DNA from: Candidatus Melainabacteria bacterium
Lineage (GTDB): Bacteria; Cyanobacteriota; Vampirovibrionia; LMEP-6097
Assembly (NCBI GenBank): GCA_005110385.1
Contig: DUDT01000009.1
Span: 1,660 to 65,659 of the forward strand
DNA length: 64,000 nt
Reading direction: 5' to 3'
Part shown: in pieces, positions 54,036 to 61,427 of the stretch
Position numbering within the stretch: the first letter of the stretch is position 1
How the letters are laid out: each line of letters opens with the position of its first letter
Program-made: the position numbers and the translations under genes
Notes under the pieces: model-generated
Seen by the model: only the letters and a program-made list of their open reading frames with translations
Told to the model about the DNA's origin: nothing
Databases searched by the model: none

Positions 54036-54936
54036 GACGAATCTTCTCGATTATATTTTTAATCTCTTCAGGACTAGGTCCCTTAGCCTCATCTTGATCC
54101 TCAGCACCATGCTCCACGAATGAACCATCAACTATCTTGAAACTAGAACTCTCCCAAGGTGTATTGGAAGGAGCTCTAAGTAAATCTTCCTCGGTTAAAT
54201 TTTTACCTAGAGCAAAAACGGAGCTTACATCTTCTGACTGAGAATCACTATTTAAGCTAGAAACATTTTTAGACTTAACTGAAGGTAGCTTACCTAAACG
54301 TCTTTTCTTGACTTTAATCTTCGCAGCTTCCTTTATGTAACTAGGTATAACGATAGGAGCTGAACCTGATTTAGCTTTTACGACTACTGGGGTTTCAACA
54401 GTTTCAATGTCTGAATCCTCTATCAACCCACTTTCATCAATATCCTCATCTTTAACACCTTTCGCTGTCTTTTTCTTAGCCGTTAAAGATTCTGCTTTAG
54501 TAATGGCTACAACCTTAGTTGATGAATTAGTTGGTTTCTTCTTAGCAGTAACCTTTTTCTCTAATTTGACCGTCTTTGCTTTTGGCTCTATTACTACTGG
54601 TTGCTGTATTTTTTTATTTTTAGTTTCTGGAGTTTTTTTCGCTTTCGTAGATTTAGATTCTTCTACCTTGGTTACTTTGGGCTTAAGTGCCACTTCTTTT
54701 GCAGCTTTACTAGCAGGTTTCGCTACCTTAGATGTTGGCTTCACAGCTTTAACAGAAGCTTTACTAGCAGGCTTTACAGCCTTAGAAGCTTTTTCTTCCA
54801 ATTCATTTTGGATCTTTCTTTTTAAAGAATATAATCTCTTTCTTTCAAGCTCGCAATCACGGCAAGAACTAGGTCTATAGGAGATTTTATTTTTTGCGGT
54901 CAACTTGACACCACAGACTGTACAGTAATTAGGCAT
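54010..54936 (-). CDS. Hypothetical Lys/Ala-rich protein with an N-terminal zinc ribbon
   Basis: CTVCG...CRDCE forms a four-Cys motif. It is followed by histone-H1-like repeats ASKA(V)KP-ASKASVKAVKPTSKVAKPASKAAK. Confidence 0.55.
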   Translation of the reverse strand: MPNYCTVCGVKLTAKNKISYRPSSCRDCELERKRLYSLKRKIQNELEEKASKAVKPASKASVKAVKPTSKVAKPASKAAKEVALKPKVTKVEESKSTKAKKTPETKNKKIQQPVVIEPKAKTVKLEKKVTAKKKPTNSSTKVVAITKAESLTAKKKTAKGVKDEDIDESGLIEDSDIETVETPVVVKAKSGSAPIVIPSYIKEAAKIKVKKRRLGKLPSVKSKNVSSLNSDSQSEDVSSVFALGKNLTEEDLLRAPSNTPWESSSFKIVDGSFVEHGAEDQDEAKGPSPEEIKNIIEKIRLEHKTRRG

Positions 54937-54996
54937 ACGATTTTATATTACAAGTAAATGGCCCAATGGCCAAGCTTATGAGGAATAATATATTAT

Positions 54997-56370
54997 ATGG
55001 AGTCACTTGATCTCATCAAAGCAGAAAGTTCTGGATGTCAAAGTTTCGATAGGAGTAAGTTTAAAGACTATTATCAGATCTGTATTGAGGAAGATAAAAA
55101 ATACAGGCAGCAGTATACCTCAGGATTCAGAAGTTTTTTACAATTACTTGCTTTTGAAAAATTTGAAGAGTTTGAATTGAAAATTCAAGAAAGACCAGAC
55201 CTGCTTGCAGAGAAAGAAATTAAAGCTTTGCAGTCTTTCGTATTACTTCTATCAGATAAACCACTTACAGAGAATCATTTCTTCTCTAAATCTGCTAGTA
55301 ATTTTACTAAAAAACGCCTCTCTCACGGCATGGCCAAAGTAATCATAAGCATTCTCATCCTACTTAAAAATATACGTTTTTCTGAAAAGATACAAAGAAA
55401 ACTAGAATCTATAAATCTATTTTCACTAAAAGAGTTAATACCAGACATAGTTTTCTACTATGCTGAATATATACTAAAAGAAAATATTGAAGAGAGATTT
55501 GATCTCACTGAACAGGAGTTATTAAATTTTAAATTTGTAGATTTTTGCGAAGGCATAGAGAATATTGAAGAAAGACAAGACGCTGAAAAGATAAGGCTGC
55601 TCGCTTTCTTCTACAGAAAGAAAAAGAATGAAGCCCTTGCAGAACAATACCTGCTCGAATATAGAAAAGCTATGCCCGCAGACATAGTTACCACACTGCC
55701 TCCAGAAATTCGCACAGTAAAGAATGCAAGAACCTTTCCATCTGACCTAGTTTTAGAAAATTGGAATGAAATTTTAAATGACTGTGATGCAGCACAGGAT
55801 AAGGTAATTGAATATACAGGCATTTATAAAAACACTTGTGGATATTATAAATGTGAAGATTGCTGTAATTATACTTCGCCACACATGAGTTTAACCGAGT
55901 ATAAATTTATGCTTAACTGGATTAAAGAGAATAACTATCCGATAGCTGGAGTGATAGAAAAAGCAAAAGCCATTCAGCAAGAACATAAAAAACTCTTTGG
56001 TGAAGTAATGCCCATCATAGACACGACTATTTCTGAAAACAAAGAGAAGGGATTAGAAAATCCTTTTAATTATAAATATTCCTGTCCTTTCCTTGTCGAA
56101 GGTAGGTGTTCTATTTATCATGCTAGGCCTCTTTTATGTAGAGGGTTTGGGCTTTCTAGTGATGATGCAGTTGCAGTTAAAACCTGTAATTTTTACCTAA
56201 GCCAGTATACCCATAACTGTTCTCGTGATAATGATCGTTATGTCTATGACTTAAGACCAGTTCAAGCCATGGCTAAAGCTAGTGACAGAAAGCTAAGTCA
56301 AGAAATATTTAACACGGAGCAAGAGCTCAAGGGGACTATAGTTGCTTGGCTAGCCTCAGACCAACTCTAG
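54997..56370 (+). CDS. Hypothetical protein with a C-terminal YkgJ-type CxxCxxCC Zn/Fe-binding domain
   Basis: CGYYKCEDCCNY and CPFLVEGRCSIYHARPLLCRGFG resemble the UPF0153/YkgJ family. Confidence 0.55.
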   Translation: MESLDLIKAESSGCQSFDRSKFKDYYQICIEEDKKYRQQYTSGFRSFLQLLAFEKFEEFELKIQERPDLLAEKEIKALQSFVLLLSDKPLTENHFFSKSASNFTKKRLSHGMAKVIISILILLKNIRFSEKIQRKLESINLFSLKELIPDIVFYYAEYILKENIEERFDLTEQELLNFKFVDFCEGIENIEERQDAEKIRLLAFFYRKKKNEALAEQYLLEYRKAMPADIVTTLPPEIRTVKNARTFPSDLVLENWNEILNDCDAAQDKVIEYTGIYKNTCGYYKCEDCCNYTSPHMSLTEYKFMLNWIKENNYPIAGVIEKAKAIQQEHKKLFGEVMPIIDTTISENKEKGLENPFNYKYSCPFLVEGRCSIYHARPLLCRGFGLSSDDAVAVKTCNFYLSQYTHNCSRDNDRYVYDLRPVQAMAKASDRKLSQEIFNTEQELKGTIVAWLASDQL

Positions 56371-56401
56371 GGGCGTGTAGCCGAACTCCTATTTCTGCGT
56401 T
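56371..56401 (-). repeat. AAACGCAGAA-type dispersed repeat, copy F (fills the gap between convergent genes)
   Basis: gggcgtgtagccgaactcctatttctgcgtt starts right after the TAG at 56368-56370 and overlaps the TAA of the methyltransferase gene. Confidence 0.8.
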
Positions 56402-57089
56402 ACTGCACGCTGTGCAGCGATCTTTCCAGAATGAGTACTCGACTACCATTATCCACTGTCGTATAACTAAGCTGCTTAAAACCTGCTTCTGTAAATAATC
56501 TTGTTAAGTCCTCATCTGAATAGTTCCTGAGATACATACCTTTTCGCATAGGGTCTAAATATTGACGCGTACCATCATCGAAGCATATAAACTCACCCTT
56601 ATTACTAGTCGCCACCACATCAAAAACACCATAAATATATGCTTGAGGCTTTAAATGCTTTTTTAAATTAGCTAACAATTGAGCAGCACTAGCTAAATCA
56701 AAATGCTCAAGGCAAGCGTTCATGATTACACAATCAAAATCCTTCTCTGTTAGCTGCATGTCTAAGATATCCGCACAATAAAATTCTACATCTAGGCACT
56801 GTTCCCGAACTTCAATTTCAGCGTTTCCCTTCTTCGCAAGATTAATCGCCGCCTCTGAAGTATCCACACCACGCACTTTAAAACCAGCCTTCGCTAACAT
56901 AAAAGATAACCAACCAGAGCCACAAGCTAAATCAAGAATTTTTGTTATGGGATATTTTTTTAAATCTGGAATTATATTCTTTATATACTCAAGATTAGGA
57001 GGAGTGTATACAGCCTTAGTAACTCTTTGCCATGCAGCCTCCCAAAATTTGAGGTTCATTTTATAATTTTCTAAATTAACTTGAAGCAT
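56400..57089 (-). CDS. Class I SAM-dependent methyltransferase
   Basis: Motif I ILDLACGSGWLS and the acidic VDTSE post-I motif. Confidence 0.85.
   Translation of the reverse strand: MLQVNLENYKMNLKFWEAAWQRVTKAVYTPPNLEYIKNIIPDLKKYPITKILDLACGSGWLSFMLAKAGFKVRGVDTSEAAINLAKKGNAEIEVREQCLDVEFYCADILDMQLTEKDFDCVIMNACLEHFDLASAAQLLANLKKHLKPQAYIYGVFDVVATSNKGEFICFDDGTRQYLDPMRKGMYLRNYSDEDLTRLFTEAGFKQLSYTTVDNGSRVLILERSLHSVQ
56795..56826 (-). repeat. AAACGCAGAA-type repeat embedded in an ORF (encodes GNAEIEVREQCL)
   Basis: ggcactgttcccgaacttcaatttcagcgttt matches both the mtnA-internal copy and the intergenic consensus. Confidence 0.75.
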
Positions 57090-57133
57090 GATGGAACTAT
57101 ATCTGAATAATGCTAGATTGTAATAATTAGACC

Positions 57134-58387
57134 TTGAGACTCATCGATAGACTATTAATTATAAACGTAAGCTTAATCCTTGTATTCGGCTTAACTGCCC
57201 TTTCTAGCTCTGCTGGAGGTAAATTTTTCTTAAAACAGTTAATTTATATTCCGATTAGTTTAATCTTAGTTTATTTTACCTATAACTTTTGCTCTCTTGA
57301 ATTTTATAAACGCAGTGCAAATCTGATTTATTGGCTTAATATAGGTCTTTTGATCATACTTAAATTTTTTGGAACTACTCAGCTTGGCTCACAGAGATGG
57401 TTGATGATAGGCCCAGTCAGTGTTCAACCAAGTGAACTTGCGAAAATTTGTCTCATTGTCTTCTTAGCAAAAATCCTTTCACTGAAAGAGATTCGTACTT
57501 ATTTCGACATAGTGAAAGTCTTTGCTTATATTGCTTTGCCGTCACTATTGGTATTAATTCAGCCCGATCTCGGCACTACACTCGTTTACATAGCTATAAC
57601 TTTTGGTATGCTTTTTTGGGCTGGAGCTAAATTAATTCAGCTTTTAACTATCTGCTCACCCATGATATGTGCCATATGCTCATCAATTGGCTATAAAATT
57701 ATCGATTATCATAATACTTACATCGATCTGGTCATAACAGTTCCAGCTTTAATTTTTCTGATATTTTTTACAGTCTTAATAATTTTCCACTATAAAGTTT
57801 GGTCATCACCCTCTAAAACTTTAGTAACTATGATGTTACTCTTCGTTGAATTTATGGCGATTTTATACAGACCTTCAATTTGGGGATTGTTAAAGGATTA
57901 TCAACAGAAAAGATTAACTATATTTCTTGACCCTTACTCAGACCCGCTTGGCGCAGGTTATCATATTATTCAAAGTCTTTATGCTATTGGTAATGGCGGA
58001 TTTATCGGTACTGGACTTAGATCTGGAGATTTATCTCAAGGTAGTTTCGTCCCAGAACAGCATACTGACTTTATATTTTCACTAGTCGGTGAGGAACTTG
58101 GTTTTATCGGTACTGGCTGTGTAATTTTTCTTTACGCTCTACTCTGTATTCAAATTATTATAAGAGCTAGAAATTCTGATAATAAATTCCACTCGCTATT
58201 AGGCATCGGCATTTTTTCGATGTTTATTTTCCATATCTTTGTTAACATCGGCATGAATTTAAGTCTTATGCCAATTACTGGTGTACCACTGCCTTTTCTT
58301 AGTTATGGTGGGACATCACTTCTGGTGAATACTTTTCTTATGTCGCTGGTGGCTAAGGTTTATTCTGAAAACCAAAAAGGGGTTTAG
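57134..58387 (+). CDS. rodA: SEDS-family peptidoglycan glycosyltransferase, RodA-like
   Basis: TTG start, 417 aa. Motifs QPSELAKI, HTDFIFS and TGVPLPFLSYGGTS. Confidence 0.8.
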   Translation: MRLIDRLLIINVSLILVFGLTALSSSAGGKFFLKQLIYIPISLILVYFTYNFCSLEFYKRSANLIYWLNIGLLIILKFFGTTQLGSQRWLMIGPVSVQPSELAKICLIVFLAKILSLKEIRTYFDIVKVFAYIALPSLLVLIQPDLGTTLVYIAITFGMLFWAGAKLIQLLTICSPMICAICSSIGYKIIDYHNTYIDLVITVPALIFLIFFTVLIIFHYKVWSSPSKTLVTMMLLFVEFMAILYRPSIWGLLKDYQQKRLTIFLDPYSDPLGAGYHIIQSLYAIGNGGFIGTGLRSGDLSQGSFVPEQHTDFIFSLVGEELGFIGTGCVIFLYALLCIQIIIRARNSDNKFHSLLGIGIFSMFIFHIFVNIGMNLSLMPITGVPLPFLSYGGTSLLVNTFLMSLVAKVYSENQKGV

Positions 58388-58474
58388 CAGGGTGGTTTAG
58401 GTAGCTTCTCTCACTCGCCCCACACTGCGTGCGGGTCCCCATGCTCGTTCCCTAAGCTACCTAAACCACCCTGC
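58387..58474. repeat. GC-rich long-stem element X1 (perfect 21-bp inverted repeat, 46-nt loop)
   Basis: gcagggtggtttaggtagctt (58387-58407) pairs with aagctacctaaaccaccctgc (58454-58474). The loop shares GGGGACCC/GGGTCCCC and a covarying 7-bp hairpin with X2. Confidence 0.7.
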
Positions 58475-58562
58475 GTCCGTTGGGGGAGGAAAGAAGGAGG
58501 GATGTGATATCTGAGTGTGTGCGGGGATGATCCAAGGGGTGTTGCTGATTAATTAGCTTGGG

Positions 58563-60314
58563 GTGGTAGAATTTTTAGGCGTGAGGATAAAGTCTTTAAA
58601 ATTACAAGATCATCCTGTGCTTGGGGACTTGGAGCTGGATTTTACTATCGGGGACAGGGTTGCTGACAATATTATTATTGCTGGGGAGAATGGTTGCGGG
58701 AAGACTACTTTACTGAATGTGATTAATGATTTTTTTGAATTTATGAGAGCCTATTTTGAATCTAAATCTACGATTATGCCTAATTATGGCATTGAAATTC
58801 AACTAATTAAGCTCCCAAATTATATAGAACAAGACTTTGGTAAAAGTAGTATTCAGATCAAAATCGAAAATAAGGGAATAGTAATTAATCATGAATTACA
58901 AAAACAAGAAACAATAAATAGGCATTTTGTTTTATCTTTATTCCGAACAATTTTTTTGAAATCTAATTTTAATATTAATACTCAAGTATTTAAAACACTC
59001 CCTAATCGCCAATCCTATATATCCCATAACGATAAAGATAATCAAACTACAGAAGCACAAAAAATCAAAGAGTTAATTATGACATCTTACATTATTGATG
59101 CTCTATGTTTAAAACAGTTGGATAAATCACTTACCCTGGGAGAAGCCCTTAAAGTTAATCAATCTTCACTGCTAAATAGATTAGAAAAAACATTTTCTTT
59201 AACTCTGTCACTTTTTCCATTCAATTCTAGCGAGTGGGAAGTATATGTTGGATTAAATAAAAAATTTGTAAAATTAGAAGAACTTAGTTCTGGAGAAAAG
59301 CAGATGATTTTTAGAGGAGTCTATTTTTTACAAGCACTAGATTCTCATAAATCACTTGATGGCGAAAATAAAGATACATCTATAGATAATGTGATATGCC
59401 TAATAGATGAACCTGAAAATAGTTTACACCCTAGATGGCAAAAAGAAATATTAAAGTCACATAAATCTTTAGCTTCCAACTCATTCAATATACAAGAAGT
59501 TCAGATCTTGTTTTCTACCCACTCTCCATTTATAATCCATGAGGCAAATCCTCAAACGGATAAAGTTATAGTTCTTCAAAAAGATCAAGATGGGAAGATC
59601 ATAGTAGCTCAAGATCCTTTATTTGAGAGCTGTGATGGAGAGAAGCTTGTAGAAGCTGCTTTTTATATTAATTTTAGAAAAACCAATAAACCTCTAGTTA
59701 TTACAGAAGGTAAAACGGATAAACAAATTATAGAAACGGCTTGGAGTAAGCTTTACCCAAATGCAGAGATGCCTTTTGAGATTCATGATGCGGGTATTTA
59801 TCCAGATAAAATAAATGTTACAGATGGTAAGCAAGAAAGAAAAGGAGGAGCTAATCATATTACTTCATTACTTAGCTACTCTTTAAGATTTAATGAGGAT
59901 CGTATTATTGGTCTATTTGACAATGATCATGAGGGCAATAATGTCGAAATGCCTAAGCTTAAGAATAATAAATTTGAGTTGAAGAAAACTTCTAATTTTT
60001 CCTACTGTAAATACCCTGATAAAGATGTTTTTGGCTTATTATTGCCATGCCCAGATCATAGAAAAAATTATGTTTGCGAAGGTGCAAAAGCTAAAAAAAA
60101 GTTAGTAATAGAACACTATTTTAACGACATAATTCTGGAAAAACATAAGCTAAAGGGAGAAGCGTACGATGAAAATATATTTTTTATTAATGATGGAAAC
60201 AAAACAAAATTTGCAGAAGAAATAATTCAAACCCTCCCACCAGAAGACTTTTCTTCATTTAAAATATTATTTGATGCCTTAAAGCATTTACTGGAGCCAA
60301 GTGGTGAACAATAA
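58563..60314 (+). CDS. Fused ABC-type ATPase and Toprim/DUF4435-like nuclease (OLD-family or fused PARIS-like)
   Basis: Walker A GENGCGKTT, signature LSSGEKQ, Walker B CLIDEPENSLH and H-loop STHSP. The C-terminal half has ITEGKTDKQ and LFDNDHEG (Toprim E ... DxD). Confidence 0.7.
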   Translation: MVEFLGVRIKSLKLQDHPVLGDLELDFTIGDRVADNIIIAGENGCGKTTLLNVINDFFEFMRAYFESKSTIMPNYGIEIQLIKLPNYIEQDFGKSSIQIKIENKGIVINHELQKQETINRHFVLSLFRTIFLKSNFNINTQVFKTLPNRQSYISHNDKDNQTTEAQKIKELIMTSYIIDALCLKQLDKSLTLGEALKVNQSSLLNRLEKTFSLTLSLFPFNSSEWEVYVGLNKKFVKLEELSSGEKQMIFRGVYFLQALDSHKSLDGENKDTSIDNVICLIDEPENSLHPRWQKEILKSHKSLASNSFNIQEVQILFSTHSPFIIHEANPQTDKVIVLQKDQDGKIIVAQDPLFESCDGEKLVEAAFYINFRKTNKPLVITEGKTDKQIIETAWSKLYPNAEMPFEIHDAGIYPDKINVTDGKQERKGGANHITSLLSYSLRFNEDRIIGLFDNDHEGNNVEMPKLKNNKFELKKTSNFSYCKYPDKDVFGLLLPCPDHRKNYVCEGAKAKKKLVIEHYFNDIILEKHKLKGEAYDENIFFINDGNKTKFAEEIIQTLPPEDFSSFKILFDALKHLLEPSGEQ

Positions 60315-60396
60315 ATCAGAGAATTGGCTTAAAATAGCTAGATATTTCTGAGGACAAAACTACTCTTATATTAAAAGAAACAAGGAGAATATTTTC

Positions 60397-60747
60397 ATGG
60401 TTAGAAAAAAAACTGAACTAGAGTTAAAAGAACTCATTGATAAAGTCATCTCCTCTGTGACTGAGGGTTTTAATGTTGATGAAATTATTCTTTTTGGTTC
60501 TTACGCTAAAGGAACAGAGAATGAACTCAGCGACGTTGATATAGCAGTTATTTCTCCAGACCTTGAAATTAATAAATCGGTTTGCTCGAACGCTTTAAGA
60601 ATCAAGAAACAAGTTAAACTTTTTGAACCTTACTTACAGCTTTTGGCTTTTCCGTCGCAAACTTACTATTCAGAAGATTTTATAGATCCAGACTTCATTC
60701 GAGAGATAAAGAGAACGGGTAAGACTGTTTACCCAATGACAAGTTAG
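60397..60747 (+). CDS. Minimal nucleotidyltransferase (MNT/MntA-type)
   Basis: LFGSYAKGTENELSDVDIAV (GS-x10-DxD). AAGGAG SD upstream. Confidence 0.8.
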   Translation: MVRKKTELELKELIDKVISSVTEGFNVDEIILFGSYAKGTENELSDVDIAVISPDLEINKSVCSNALRIKKQVKLFEPYLQLLAFPSQTYYSEDFIDPDFIREIKRTGKTVYPMTS

Positions 60748-60851
60748 TATAGCTAAAATAATCTTTTTCTTCCTAGATAATTCAGTTTAAATAGATGGTA
60801 AAATAACCATATATTAGTATGGCTTATCTTGCATTCAATATAATTTATTGA

Positions 60852-61133
60852 ATGTAATTTGAATGGGATGATTTAAAAGATAAGGCAAATCAAATAAGCC
60901 ATAACGTTTCTTTTTGTGAATCACAGAGAGCGTTTTTGGATGTCAATCGTGTAATAGCTGAAGATATTAGTCATAGTAACGAAAATGAAAAAAGATATTT
61001 TTGTTTTGGTAAAGTAGATCATGGAATATTAACCGTTAGATTCACTATTAGAGATAACTCCATTCGTATAATTGGTGCTGGATTTTGGAGAAAAGGCAAA
61101 AAAATTTATGAAAAAGAAAACAGAAAAAATTAA
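60852..61133 (+). pseudogene. brnT: BrnT-family (DUF497) toxin gene with TAA at codon 2
   Basis: Reads ATG TAA TTT GAA TGG GAT GAT..., translating after the stop to FEWDDLKDKANQISHNVSFCESQRAF...RIIGAGFWRKG. The only downstream in-frame start is TTG at 60936. Confidence 0.6.
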
Positions 61134-61344
61134 ATATTCTAACGAAATAATTAATGCAAAAGTAATTAAGGACTTCCTCCCAAGACCAGAGGATTTAGTT
61201 TTAAAAGAAGATAATGTAAAAGTAACTCTAACGTTAAGTAAAAAAAGTGTAGATTTTTTCAAGCATGAAGCCAAAAAGCTTGATACACCTTATCAGCTAA
61301 TGATCCGCTCTTTATTAGACAAGTACGCTGAGAGTTTTGGGTAA
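61108..61344 (+). CDS. brnA: BrnA-type antitoxin (RHH/CopG-like)
   Basis: MKKKTEKIKYSNEI...VTLTLSKKSVDFFKHEAKKLDTPYQLMIRSLLDKYA, typical of BrnA. Overlaps the brnT 3' end by 26 nt. Confidence 0.7.
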   Translation: MKKKTEKIKYSNEIINAKVIKDFLPRPEDLVLKEDNVKVTLTLSKKSVDFFKHEAKKLDTPYQLMIRSLLDKYAESFG

Positions 61345-61427
61345 AAGAGACCTCGGTCATTCGTCCTCCTCGGGCTTGAAACTGCACGTTGTGCAGAGCG
61401 GTCTCTAAAAACTCCGACTTACTCAAC

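Noticed and set aside
6474-56826. The dispersed AAACGCAGAA repeat as CRISPR repeats or an orphan array
   Set aside because: The copies are solitary, kilobases apart, in both orientations and partly inside ORFs. There is no repeat-spacer periodicity and there are no cas genes.
58475-58562. The GAGGAAAG string in the purine-rich tract downstream of X1 resembles the RNase P RNA P4 motif (GAGGAAAGUCC); tmRNA, SRP RNA and 6S RNA were also considered for X1 and X2
   Set aside because: The match stops after 8 nt (…GAAGGAGGG rather than UCCGGGC). The region is far too short for RNase P RNA, and none of the tmRNA, 4.5S or 6S hallmark sequences are present.
58387-58562. X1 as a retron msr/msd-type ncRNA (long flanking inverted repeat, with an OLD-family nuclease downstream as in some retrons)
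   Set aside because: No reverse transcriptase gene exists anywhere in the islet or in this window, so the defining component is missing.
60301-60345. Short frame VNNKSENWLKIARYF* at the end of the ATPase-Toprim gene, which resembles the start of HEPN proteins
   Set aside because: Only about 15 codons lie before a stop and the similarity is vague. It also sits on the wrong side, since HEPN normally follows MNT. This is insufficient to call a HEPN remnant.
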